From positions 1 through 46,985 of the IMG/VR virus record IMGVR_UViG_3300020042_010196: a stretch of 46,985 bases of DNA; one strand, given 5' to 3'. The position numbers and the translations under genes were made by a program. Of the stretch, positions 27,940 through 36,552 are shown piece by piece (within the stretch, counting starts at the first letter, position 1; every line of letters begins with the position of its first letter). Below the pieces are notes generated by a model that was not told where the DNA came from, did not search any database, and saw only the letters and a program-made list of their open reading frames with translations. Origin of the DNA: a virus (Duplodnaviria; Caudoviricetes).

Positions 27940-28344
27940 ATGGAATTAGAAAAGATTAAATGTAGTAGATGTAAATCCGATATGCCTAAGTTACGATTAG
28001 ACAATTACGGATATGATTTTTGTATTAACTGCTCAGATGTTAAACCTAAGGTAGGACGTATTAGAGTAGTAGGTGAAGGAGATTACACAGCTACAGAATT
28101 AGATGTACTAGATCAGGACACTGCAAGAAGACTTCAAGAGATGGAAAATACTTCAAGAGGAGTACGAAATGTTCCACTAGAGATTCTAAACTTTGATGAG
28201 GATGAGTTAGTTGATAGTGACAAAGCTATTGTAGCTGCTACCGACAAAGCATTAGATGATGAGTTAGAGGAAGAAATTGTAGAGGATGAAGAACCACTAG
28301 AAGAAGTTGAAGAGGTTGAACTAGAAGAGGACGAAGACGAATAG
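27940..28344 (+). CDS. DksA/TraR-like C4 zinc-finger protein with acidic tail
   Basis: CSRC-KSDMPKLRL-x7-CINC; C-terminal E/D tract. Confidence 0.6.
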   Translation: MELEKIKCSRCKSDMPKLRLDNYGYDFCINCSDVKPKVGRIRVVGEGDYTATELDVLDQDTARRLQEMENTSRGVRNVPLEILNFDEDELVDSDKAIVAATDKALDDELEEEIVEDEEPLEEVEEVELEEDEDE

Positions 28345-29004
28345 ATGCCAGCAGCTAAATTCTTATCGAAAGAAGATGTATTGAGAGCCATGCAGAACAC
28401 CAAGAGCAATCGAGGTGCTGCAAGGTTCCTCAGATGCTCACTCAATCACTATAAGAAGTTTGCAAGAGTTTATGTTGATGAGGCATCAGGTAAGACGTTG
28501 TACGAACTCCACATGAACCTATCAGGTAAAGGTATTCCAAAATTCCTACACAACAGAGGCAAACAAGCTCCACTAAAAGATTTGATAGAAGGTAGGTTAG
28601 CAGTAGAAAGTTTCGAACCAGCCAAGATCAAACAACGATTAGTGTTTGAGGGATACCTAAAAGAGGAATGTAGTCGTTGTGGCTTTCATGAGGAAAGGAT
28701 CACTGACAGTAAAATTCCTTTGATCTTACAATTCAAAGACAAGAACAAAAAGAACTACGAACTAGATAACATAGAACTTATGTGTTACAATTGTTCGTAC
28801 CTGTATGCAGTGTCACCAATAACTGAGAAGCAAGTTATCAAGATGGAAGATTTTATTGATAAGCAAGGAGCAGATGTTGATTGGGAAGTTGATGATGCAA
28901 TGAAAGAACATCTACAGTCATTAGGATTGTGGGAACAAGATGTTAAGCCTGGATCTGAGTACATATCTCAAACTTATAAAGACAATGTACAAGAAAAAGA
29001 ATAA
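28345..29004 (+). CDS. HTH plus degenerate HNH/zinc-finger protein
   Basis: SNRGAARFLRCS (HTH-like); CSRCG...LILQFKDKNKKNYELDNIELMCYNC. Confidence 0.7.
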   Translation: MPAAKFLSKEDVLRAMQNTKSNRGAARFLRCSLNHYKKFARVYVDEASGKTLYELHMNLSGKGIPKFLHNRGKQAPLKDLIEGRLAVESFEPAKIKQRLVFEGYLKEECSRCGFHEERITDSKIPLILQFKDKNKKNYELDNIELMCYNCSYLYAVSPITEKQVIKMEDFIDKQGADVDWEVDDAMKEHLQSLGLWEQDVKPGSEYISQTYKDNVQEKE

Positions 29005-29113
29005 GACCCGTGAGAGACAAGTTGCAGACAAGTTAGTCAAGCAACATGAACAAAACGAAAAGTTAAGAGAGAAAACTATTTCTAATAATTTTTGGAAACT
29101 TTTTCCAAAATAG
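28985..29113 (+). CDS. Small basic hypothetical protein, not in ORF track
   Basis: 42 aa MYKKKNKTRERQ...FWKLFPK, fills gap before next promoter. Confidence 0.55.
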   Translation: MYKKKNKTRERQVADKLVKQHEQNEKLREKTISNNFWKLFPK

Positions 29114-29162
29114 TTGCTAGTGTGAATCTTTCTCAGTATCTTTACGTATAATTAAAAAGGTT

Positions 29163-29492
29163 ATGGCAGAGAAAACAGGACACACAACAAAGAAGCTACA
29201 TGACTTCAACACAGCAGGAGCACTTGAGGTTTGCATTAAAGGCAACTGGTACAGAGTAACTTGCAACGAATTCAGATCATTTGATGGATGCAGAAGGATA
29301 ACTGAACCATCCCACCCAGTTGGACAAGGTGCAGATATGTCTAAGATTGTAATGAAAACATATGACTACAACGGTCCTGTCTATGTATTACAGACGAACC
29401 AAGAGGTAATTAGAATGGACACACAAACAATTGTGACCAACCCACACATGCCAGTTAAACAACAATCAGTAGAAAATAGTAGTAGGATATGA
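29163..29492 (+). CDS. Hypothetical protein
   Basis: Own promoter at 29114; WYRVTCNEFRSFDG. Confidence 0.78.
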   Translation: MAEKTGHTTKKLHDFNTAGALEVCIKGNWYRVTCNEFRSFDGCRRITEPSHPVGQGADMSKIVMKTYDYNGPVYVLQTNQEVIRMDTQTIVTNPHMPVKQQSVENSSRI

Positions 29493-29791
29493 GAAAACTT
29501 CAAATAGATTCAATAGATGAGTTAGAAGCTATCTTCAGAGAGAAGACAGTTGACATGACAAACAATATCAAAGAGAGCATCCAAGAAGCCCATCAGGCTA
29601 AAAAGAAAACAGCTATGTTGTTTGAGATAGAGGCTGAGGGGATGGATACTTCTTTTGAGATATCAATCACAACTAAGGAATGGCTCACAGCTCTAGAGAA
29701 TTGCTTGAAGCATTATGAGGAGTGGGAGATGGCTGACGATGCAATAGATACCTACCTATTGATAAAAGAGTTGAAAGAAAATAAAAAATAA
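29489..29791 (+). CDS. Hypothetical protein
   Basis: ATGA overlap with previous gene. Confidence 0.75.
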   Translation: MRKLQIDSIDELEAIFREKTVDMTNNIKESIQEAHQAKKKTAMLFEIEAEGMDTSFEISITTKEWLTALENCLKHYEEWEMADDAIDTYLLIKELKENKK

Positions 29792-29862
29792 CTTGTAAAA
29801 AAGTTGTCTCGTATTACTTTTTACAGTATCTTTAGGTATTATTAATTCAAACATCAAATGTT

Positions 29863-30111
29863 ATGGCAAAGATCACAAAAACTTTTACCTGTGAGCACAC
29901 AGGAATTAAAACAACCTACACTTATCAAGACAGTATCGTAAATGGTATGCAGTCTGTTGATATTGAATATCCAAAAGGATACTTAGACAAATTTGCTAAA
30001 GAGCAAGAGAGAGCTAACAATCTACCTAAGACTAAGAGACTATACTACAATCCTGCTACAGGTAAGGATGTAAGCTATGCTAGAGCAAGAGCAATTGGAT
30101 TGCTAAAATAA
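29863..30111 (+). CDS. Hypothetical protein
   Basis: Own promoter at 29804, GTTATG start. Confidence 0.78.
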   Translation: MAKITKTFTCEHTGIKTTYTYQDSIVNGMQSVDIEYPKGYLDKFAKEQERANNLPKTKRLYYNPATGKDVSYARARAIGLLK

Positions 30112-30193
30112 TTTAAAAATAAATACAAAAAAAGTTGCCTAGGAGGTATTAATTGAGTATCTTTAGGTATTATTAATTTAAACAATAAAGGTT

Positions 30194-30571
30194 ATGAAAA
30201 AAAATCAAATCAAAGTAGGAAGTAAAGTAGTAGTTGTTGACAGTGGTAGAACTTACACAACATATTCACAAAAGTTTGAAGAGTTAGGATTTAGAAACAC
30301 TAAACTGAATGAAGAAATTCCAAATGGAACAATATGCGAAGTGTTTGCAATAACACAACACAGTCCAGAATCTGAGACTATTGTAGTTGCAATACAAGAT
30401 CAAACTGGAAACCAAGCACTAGTAGGTTTAGTAGGATTGGAAAAGCTAGGTCAAGAAAAACTTACTGGTGAGGAGAAGTTTGAGTTGTTGAAAGATTTCT
30501 GTGATGAGTTAGAGTTAGATGTCACTACAGAAGAAATTTTTACATATTTGTTAAGAAAGTTGGAAAAATAG
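30194..30571 (+). CDS. Hypothetical protein (SH3/KOW-like start IKVGSKVVV)
   Basis: Own promoter at 30135. Confidence 0.78.
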   Translation: MKKNQIKVGSKVVVVDSGRTYTTYSQKFEELGFRNTKLNEEIPNGTICEVFAITQHSPESETIVVAIQDQTGNQALVGLVGLEKLGQEKLTGEEKFELLKDFCDELELDVTTEEIFTYLLRKLEK

Positions 30572-30632
30572 TTGCTTAGTAAGAATAAAAAGAGTATCTT
30601 TAAGTATTATAAACAACCAAAAACAATTAGTT

Positions 30633-31475
30633 ATGTCAGAAGATGTTATGCAAAAATTCGGAACAGGTTTAGATTCTTACCTTACAAAAGAACAAATCAG
30701 AGAAGTAGCACCAGTTGTGTTTGCTACAGAACCTACTAACAAACGAGTTAGTGACAAGTACCTACATGTTAATACTGAGACAGTTATCGATGACTTAGCT
30801 AAGTTAGGATGGCTTCCAGTAAGTGCAGCACAAAGAAGAACTAAGGCACGTAAGGATGGATCACCCAGTATTAGATCTAAGCACATAGTGTCATTCCAGA
30901 ACCCAGACCTTATCATTAAAGGTAAAGATGGTGATGATGCTTACCCAAGAATCATTGTAACAAACTCTCACGATGGATTAAGTTCATTCCAATTTAGAGT
31001 TGGTATCTACAGATTAGTTTGTTCTAATGGATTGGTAGTTGCTGATGAAGAGTTCTCAGCATTCAGTATCAAGCACAAAGGTTACACCTTTGAGGAGTTA
31101 CAAACAGTAGTAGCTCAGGCAGTTGCTGATCTTCCTAACAAGATCCAAGTGTTGAATAAAATGCAACAGAGAATGCTTACTCCAGAGGAGCAACGACAAT
31201 TAGCAATCGATGCTATGGCTTTGAGAGCTACCAATCCTGATGCAAAGTATACTGAGGCTAGTATCCAAGAAGTGTTGAAGGCTACTAGAAAAGAGGATGA
31301 AGGAGATAGCTTGTGGTTAGTATTCAATAGAGTACAAGAGGCTATCATCAACGGAGGTTACTCAGCAGCATTGCGAGGAGCTAAAGTAAGAAAGGTTAAG
31401 AAGATTAAATCATTTGAGAAAGATCTTCAAGTTAATCAAGAGTTGTTTAAGTTAGCAACAGCATTTGTTAACTAA
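30633..31475 (+). CDS. DUF932/DUF945 family protein
   Basis: APVVFA, SDKYLHV, IIVTNSHDG, GIYRLVCSNGLV, LWLVFNRVQE. Confidence 0.88.
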   Translation: MSEDVMQKFGTGLDSYLTKEQIREVAPVVFATEPTNKRVSDKYLHVNTETVIDDLAKLGWLPVSAAQRRTKARKDGSPSIRSKHIVSFQNPDLIIKGKDGDDAYPRIIVTNSHDGLSSFQFRVGIYRLVCSNGLVVADEEFSAFSIKHKGYTFEELQTVVAQAVADLPNKIQVLNKMQQRMLTPEEQRQLAIDAMALRATNPDAKYTEASIQEVLKATRKEDEGDSLWLVFNRVQEAIINGGYSAALRGAKVRKVKKIKSFEKDLQVNQELFKLATAFVN

Positions 31476-31711
31476 TGAACAGAGACCAATACATACAAAT
31501 GAGAAAATCAGGCCAGTACGATCTGGCCTGGTTCTATCAATACTACTTGGAGAACAAGGATCCAAACAAACCTACACCTCCCTTCGAAGCATTTCATCAG
31601 GCATTCAATATGTACTTTCAGATGAATGGAGGAGGGGTTATTGAGTACATGGACAAGAAGATGGAAGTAACAAAAATAGAAAAAGAAGGAAATTTAATTT
31701 ATATAAACTAA
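31475..31711 (+). CDS. Hypothetical protein
   Basis: TAATG coupling with upstream gene. Confidence 0.72.
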   Translation: MNRDQYIQMRKSGQYDLAWFYQYYLENKDPNKPTPPFEAFHQAFNMYFQMNGGGVIEYMDKKMEVTKIEKEGNLIYIN

Positions 31712-31712
31712 G

Positions 31713-31943
31713 ATGGTACAAACAGCAAAAGAATTGATGGGGAAGTTAGATGGTAACTACATACAAGTTATTAAAAAGAATGGTAAGACTTACGAAAAGT
31801 TATTTAAGGATCCACAACGAGCTGTACGAGCTGTAGGAGGAATTGATAATGTAAAGTACCTACGAGAAGTATTGAAAGAGCAGGTATTGTCTAAGTATAC
31901 TGAGACAGATTCATTAACAGGAACACCAGAGAACGAACTTTAA
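31713..31943 (+). CDS. Hypothetical protein
   Basis: Operon spacing. Confidence 0.7.
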   Translation: MVQTAKELMGKLDGNYIQVIKKNGKTYEKLFKDPQRAVRAVGGIDNVKYLREVLKEQVLSKYTETDSLTGTPENEL

Positions 31944-31953
31944 ATAAAATAGC

Positions 31954-32166
31954 ATGAGTGGTAAAACAAATTCAAGTGGACTAGGAATAGGTACACTAAT
32001 CTTCTTAATCTTCTTAACACTAAAGCTAGCAGAGATTGGTCCAGTAGCTAAATGGTCATGGTGGTGGGTAACAGCACCTCTTTGGATCCCAGTAGGGTTG
32101 ATTGGACTAATTGCACTTGTAGTAGGAGCAGTAGCATTGGGATATGAAATGAGCAAAAGAAAGTAA
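31954..32166 (+). CDS. Two-TM membrane protein (WSWWWV-x-PLW motif)
   Basis: LFLxLKL...WSWWWVTAPLWIP-type pattern common in phage small membrane proteins. Confidence 0.8.
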   Translation: MSGKTNSSGLGIGTLIFLIFLTLKLAEIGPVAKWSWWWVTAPLWIPVGLIGLIALVVGAVALGYEMSKRK

Positions 32167-32170
32167 CATG

Positions 32171-32204
32171 GGTGAGTAGTTCTAGGACTGCTCACCTATT
32201 TATA
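32171..32204 (+). terminator. Terminator hairpin followed by TATTTATA motif
   Basis: GGTGAGTAGTT-CTAG-GACTGCTCACC (two G-U pairs) then TATTTATA 32197. Confidence 0.75.
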
Positions 32205-32220
32205 TTATATAAGAACATCA

Positions 32221-33435
32221 ATGAAGAAAGTATCAAGAGAGGAAGCCAAGCAAATCCTCAACCAACTAACTCCACAAGAGCTTGAACAATATAAACAACT
32301 CAATGCAGCAGCACAGGGTGTGAACGAAGCTGACGTAAAGTCAGTAGTACAGAACATAGCTAAAGGATGGAAGGGATGGTCAACAGCAATGTTGATGGCA
32401 GTGATGATGAATAGTAACATAGCTAGTGCTATGAACACATACTCTCCTGAAACTTACAATGCAATCAATACAGAACTTAGCACAAGCTCACTCAAGGATA
32501 AGGTTATAAACTCTACAGACTTCTCTCAAACATTTAAGAGTGGTGCTATCTCCTTACAAAACTCAGAAGGTATTAAAGAAAAGATCACTCAGTTGAAGAA
32601 GTGGGCTGATGATAATAAAGGTACCAACTACAAAGTAACAATTGTAGCTGGAGAGTCCAATGTGACTAATCCTGCTGGGTACGAACAAAAGGGATCATTA
32701 GCACAAGCTAGAGCTGAGATGATCAAGCAGTTAGTAGGACAAGTTCTTACAGGTCCTATTGATGTTAAAGTAGTTAAGGGTACTGAGAAGTATGTGAAGG
32801 GAAAGGACAAGGCAGATGATCCTAAGTACTCTAAAGAACAATTCATACGAATTGATATCTCTGTAGAGGCTGATGACTTATGTTCATTCCAACCTAAAGA
32901 GAAGGACATTAAACAAGGAGAAGCACGTACACAGTTTGTTACATTCAACAAAGTTGTATCAGGAGAAGGCACAGTAACAATCACTCCAGGACGAGTTCCA
33001 GACAGATTAGTTATTCTAGATGGTAATGGTAATGTAAAGCAAGACACAGGATACATAACAACAACAAAGAGTGTACATGGAGATTGGAAGTTCACTCCTA
33101 AGTATGTATATGAACTTACAAAGGCAGCTAGCTTAGGTAATCAAAAAGGATTGAAAGGTGTTCAGACAATACAAGCAAGTACGTATGAGGAGCTACTAAG
33201 CAAGCTACAACAGAATCCTCAAGACACATCACCAGACTTCAAACACGAAGAGGTTGGACCATACCTCAAGCAATTGCAGAATATGATTAATAAAGGTACT
33301 CGTGAATTTGTAATCTACACAAACATGGGTAGTGGTGTAGTACCCTTCAATGATAGTAAGGGAGATGTTAGAGCAGTAGTGTACTCTCCACTAGGTAAGA
33401 CAGGATACGACTTAGTTGGGCAATGTAACAACTAA
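32221..33435 (+). CDS. OmpA-C-like domain protein, probable virion protein with internal signal-like segment
   Basis: F-x-SG, VTIVAGES, GSLAQARAE, EQFIRIDI resemble the OmpA/MotB peptidoglycan-binding domain; late motif upstream. Confidence 0.65.
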   Translation: MKKVSREEAKQILNQLTPQELEQYKQLNAAAQGVNEADVKSVVQNIAKGWKGWSTAMLMAVMMNSNIASAMNTYSPETYNAINTELSTSSLKDKVINSTDFSQTFKSGAISLQNSEGIKEKITQLKKWADDNKGTNYKVTIVAGESNVTNPAGYEQKGSLAQARAEMIKQLVGQVLTGPIDVKVVKGTEKYVKGKDKADDPKYSKEQFIRIDISVEADDLCSFQPKEKDIKQGEARTQFVTFNKVVSGEGTVTITPGRVPDRLVILDGNGNVKQDTGYITTTKSVHGDWKFTPKYVYELTKAASLGNQKGLKGVQTIQASTYEELLSKLQQNPQDTSPDFKHEEVGPYLKQLQNMINKGTREFVIYTNMGSGVVPFNDSKGDVRAVVYSPLGKTGYDLVGQCNN

Positions 33436-33522
33436 AAAAAATATAAAAATAATTGACAAAAGAGTTGCCTAGGTGACTCTTTTTCCGTATCTTTAAGTAT
33501 TAGAAACAAACAAATAAAAGTT

Positions 33523-33909
33523 ATGAAAAAGTTATTAGTAGTAGGATTAACATTAGCAAGTGTAGTGTGTAGTGCACAATTAAAAGGTAACAAAGCATAT
33601 GATCGTAGATACTATGGTCATTGGGAAACAAACGTACCACAACAAGACAACATTCAACTTATCATTTACAAAGGTAGTAAACAAACTACTCATGTACAAG
33701 AGATGATCATTGATCATAAGAAGTGTTTAGGTAGTGGAGTGTTGCAACTAACCACATACGTATGTACAAGCCGTAAAGGTATGATGGTAGCTGAGATAGT
33801 TAATCCAGAAACATTTGCAATCACTCAGAGTGAGTACATTGTAGTGAGTAGAGAGAAGTTACTAAAGATAACAGACAATGATACAATAACATTAACTAGA
33901 AAATACTAA
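33523..33909 (+). CDS. Secreted protein with Sec signal peptide
   Basis: MKKLLVVGLTLASVVCSA/Q; YYGHW lipocalin-like start. Confidence 0.8.
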   Translation: MKKLLVVGLTLASVVCSAQLKGNKAYDRRYYGHWETNVPQQDNIQLIIYKGSKQTTHVQEMIIDHKKCLGSGVLQLTTYVCTSRKGMMVAEIVNPETFAITQSEYIVVSREKLLKITDNDTITLTRKY

Positions 33910-33912
33910 GCA

Positions 33913-34017
33913 ATGGATATAGCACACACGATCGTAGGATTGATAGCAACAGTATGCGTTACAGCAGGATTTACTTTAGGGATAATCTTTATCATCGAGA
34001 ACATTAGAAACAAATAA
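33913..34017 (+). CDS. Single-TM micro-protein, not in ORF track
   Basis: 34 aa MDIAHTIVGLIATVCVTAGFTLGIIFIIENIRNK. Confidence 0.6.
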   Translation: MDIAHTIVGLIATVCVTAGFTLGIIFIIENIRNK

Positions 34018-34027
34018 ATTTAATACA

Positions 34028-34135
34028 ATGGGACATTTAGTAGTAGGATTAGTAGGATTAGGAGTAATAGTAGGAGCAGTAGGTATGGTACTTGGTGACA
34101 TGGTCGTAACAATTTACAAACACATAAAGAAATAA
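34028..34135 (+). CDS. Gly-rich single-TM micro-protein, not in ORF track
   Basis: 35 aa MGHLVVGLVGLGVIVGAVGMVLGDMVVTIYKHIKK. Confidence 0.6.
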   Translation: MGHLVVGLVGLGVIVGAVGMVLGDMVVTIYKHIKK

Positions 34136-34137
34136 AC

Positions 34138-34500
34138 ATGAAGAAGATCATCACAGCAATAGTATTGCTAGCAACCTTAACAGGTACAGCACAATCGAAA
34201 GTTAAAATGAACTCTGACGACCTTATTGGGTATTGGGAACCAGACCAACATGCAACACATATGGTTATTTGGAAAGACGTAGAAGGGTATTACCAAGTAA
34301 TGCAATTTAGTACCAACTCCGGAATACCATTAGAGATATTAGAGTTCACAATGTACTACGATGCTATTGTACTTAAAACATTATTCACCAGTACCAATTG
34401 GACAACAAATCAAGTATTCAGATTTATTGATAAGAATACACTACAGTGTGAGATATCAGGAGACGGTGAGGGAATAGTAACATTCACGAAGGTAAAGTAG
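34138..34500 (+). CDS. Secreted protein with Sec signal peptide
   Basis: MKKIITAIVLLATLTGTA/Q; LIGYW lipocalin-like motif. Confidence 0.8.
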   Translation: MKKIITAIVLLATLTGTAQSKVKMNSDDLIGYWEPDQHATHMVIWKDVEGYYQVMQFSTNSGIPLEILEFTMYYDAIVLKTLFTSTNWTTNQVFRFIDKNTLQCEISGDGEGIVTFTKVK

Positions 34501-34544
34501 GTTGCGCTGCCTACTAATCTTGACCGCGCAAATTTGACAATCTT

Positions 34545-34706
34545 ATGGTAATATATCTAGAACAAACAATCCTACTACTATCCAAGAGTGACCCTCAACT
34601 AGTACAAGACTTGATAGACACAGGACAAATCAAACAATCACTAGACAATAAACCTTATTTAGTTATATATGATGGACAAGATAGTATTGTACCACAAGAG
34701 GTATAA
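34545..34706 (+). CDS. Small hypothetical protein, not in ORF track
   Basis: 53 aa MVIYLEQTILLLSKSDPQ..., follows the CGCGCAAATTT leader element. Confidence 0.5.
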   Translation: MVIYLEQTILLLSKSDPQLVQDLIDTGQIKQSLDNKPYLVIYDGQDSIVPQEV

Positions 34707-34860
34707 AGGACACAAAGTAACTTTCAATAGTAGAAAGGGTAGTGGTATAGTGATAGAGGGAATAGCAATACAAGTAGTCCCAGAGAGCAATGTAGTATTG
34801 TTGAGGGATTCTAATCAATACTTACATGCAGTTCACGTTAGTACAATTGAGCAGATATGA
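34669..34860 (+). CDS. Hypothetical protein (Sm/SH3-like beta)
   Basis: 63 aa; ATGA overlap with next gene. Confidence 0.65.
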   Translation: MMDKIVLYHKRYKGHKVTFNSRKGSGIVIEGIAIQVVPESNVVLLRDSNQYLHAVHVSTIEQI

Positions 34861-35078
34861 AGACTATCATCCATGTCAACCAACATGTAGTTAAGTCCAA
34901 TAGGAAGGAAGAGAAGGAAGACCCTGTCCTAACTATAAAGACATATAAAGAAAACACATATGCACATGAGGTAGAAATCTTAGGACCAAGTAAAGTTATC
35001 TACAGTCCAGACAAACCTTTAAGTTGTGGAGCACATGTATGGATAGAGACACAGGGAGAAATAAAAATAATAAAATAG
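34857..35078 (+). CDS. Conserved phage hypothetical protein
   Basis: IHVNQH...PVLTIKT...YSPDKPLSCGAHVWIET. Confidence 0.8.
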   Translation: MKTIIHVNQHVVKSNRKEEKEDPVLTIKTYKENTYAHEVEILGPSKVIYSPDKPLSCGAHVWIETQGEIKIIK

Positions 35079-35084
35079 AAAGAT

Positions 35085-35645
35085 ATGACTCACGATACAT
35101 TTAAGCCAAACTTAACTCCAACCCAAGTGATTGAGGCAGGAGCATTTGGTGGTAGCTATTTTGGAATTGTTGTTGATGGTTATGAGGATGATTACAATGA
35201 TTTGTTCGAGGCTTTGTTTGCCAACATAGATACAAAGCTATACTTAGGAGATAAGTATATTGCTAAGTTAAATAAGTTTGGTATACGTAGTGGTAAGGAT
35301 TACAAGTATTGGAAAGACAATCAATGGATACGTTCACAGGATCCAAGAGGATGGTTTGCTTGGTATTGCAACTACTACCTAGGAAGAAGATCATCAGATG
35401 ATGATAGACAAATCAAGAGATGGTTGGACTTTTGTGGACCTAATGGTAGATGGAGAAATAACATATACAGTAGAATATACAGTACAGGTGATTGGGATGT
35501 ATCTCCAAGAATACAGCAAAGCTTACTTCATTGGGGGTATGCAGTCAATGAGAATGATTACTATGCTTGGACAGAAGATAAACACTATCCAGAAGAGAAG
35601 TGGTGTCACTATGCAGGACTACCTTCACCTAGAGCATATGAGTAA
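35085..35645 (+). CDS. Conserved hypothetical protein (FxPNLTP...GAFGG...DPRGWFxWYC family)
   Basis: FKPNLTP, GAFGGSYF, DPRGWFAWYCNYYLGRR, DDRQIKRW, QSLLHWG. Confidence 0.82.
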   Translation: MTHDTFKPNLTPTQVIEAGAFGGSYFGIVVDGYEDDYNDLFEALFANIDTKLYLGDKYIAKLNKFGIRSGKDYKYWKDNQWIRSQDPRGWFAWYCNYYLGRRSSDDDRQIKRWLDFCGPNGRWRNNIYSRIYSTGDWDVSPRIQQSLLHWGYAVNENDYYAWTEDKHYPEEKWCHYAGLPSPRAYE

Positions 35646-35661
35646 TAATAAAACAAATAAG

Positions 35662-36042
35662 ATGAAACTAGCAGTAATAGCACACGATGGAAAGAAAGCA
35701 GATATGGTTGCTTTCATAATGAAAAGACTAGAGTTCTTTGGTAGGGTTGAAATAATTGCTACAGGTACTACAGGTAAACATATTGAACATGCAGGACTAA
35801 AAGTACAATGCTTAAAATCAGGACCATTAGGAGGAGATGCTCAAATTGCTTCTTTGATAGCAGATGGCCAAGTTGATGGAGTTATTTTCTTCATTGATCC
35901 CTTAGATGTTCACCCACATCAGGTAGATGTACATATGTTACTTAGAATTTGTAACGTATACAATATCCCATTAGCAACTAACTACAAAACAGCAGTCTAT
36001 GTTATAAACGGATTACAAACAAAATTAAACAAAAAGACATGA
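35662..36042 (+). CDS. mgsA: Methylglyoxal synthase
   Basis: IAHDGKK, ATGTTG, SGPLGGDAQI, FFIDPL-x2-HPH-x2-D, LLRIC, PLATN. Start 35662 (alternative 35638). Confidence 0.93.
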   Translation: MKLAVIAHDGKKADMVAFIMKRLEFFGRVEIIATGTTGKHIEHAGLKVQCLKSGPLGGDAQIASLIADGQVDGVIFFIDPLDVHPHQVDVHMLLRICNVYNIPLATNYKTAVYVINGLQTKLNKKT

Positions 36043-36275
36043 CAGTACAGCAACTAATAGACAAGCTAAATACTATACAAGATAAAGATAGTATAGTAGT
36101 AATGACAAATGGATACGAAGGAGGATATAATGACGTAGGTGATACAATCCCAGAACCTGTAGCAATGGCTATAAATGTAAATAGTGAATGGTACTATGGT
36201 AAACATGATAAGGTAGATAATCTATATGATGTTCCCAATAGTAATTACATAGTAGTAAAGGCAATAGTATTATAA
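36039..36275 (+). CDS. Hypothetical protein
   Basis: MTVQQLIDKL...GYEGGY; ATGA overlap. Confidence 0.78.
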   Translation: MTVQQLIDKLNTIQDKDSIVVMTNGYEGGYNDVGDTIPEPVAMAINVNSEWYYGKHDKVDNLYDVPNSNYIVVKAIVL

Positions 36276-36276
36276 T

Positions 36277-36480
36277 ATGCAAGTGTGGGGAAAAAATAAG
36301 TTAAAAGATCCAAACTCAAATCATATTATACGAAAGGTAATCAAAAGGACAGAGCAATTGCTTACTAGGGAACAAACACCTAAAGTAATAAAAGAACTAG
36401 CATACCTAAAAGATAGGCTGAGGATAGGACAAATGCTCCTGGAGAGGTGGAAAGAAAACCATCTAGAAAACCGTTTGTAA
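36277..36480 (+). CDS. Basic hypothetical protein
   Basis: 67 aa; ends inside first 12-bp array. Confidence 0.55.
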   Translation: MQVWGKNKLKDPNSNHIIRKVIKRTEQLLTREQTPKVIKELAYLKDRLRIGQMLLERWKENHLENRL

Positions 36481-36552
36481 AACCGTTTAGATAACCGTTT
36501 GTAAAACCGATTGGCTAACCGATCACAAAAGCGATTACCTAACCAATAAACA
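36457..36552 (+). repeat. 12-bp-period tandem array I (8 units, AACCG core)
   Basis: Units start at 36457, 36469, 36481, 36493, 36505, 36517, 36529, 36541, e.g. AACCGTTTGTAA, AACCGTTTAGAT, AACCGATTGGCT. Confidence 0.9.

Noticed and set aside
35398-35661. Long N-terminal extension or fusion on MgsA (214-aa ORF)
   Set aside because: Overlaps the conserved 35085-35645 gene in another frame; MgsA homology starts at MKLAVIAHD after an A-rich leader.
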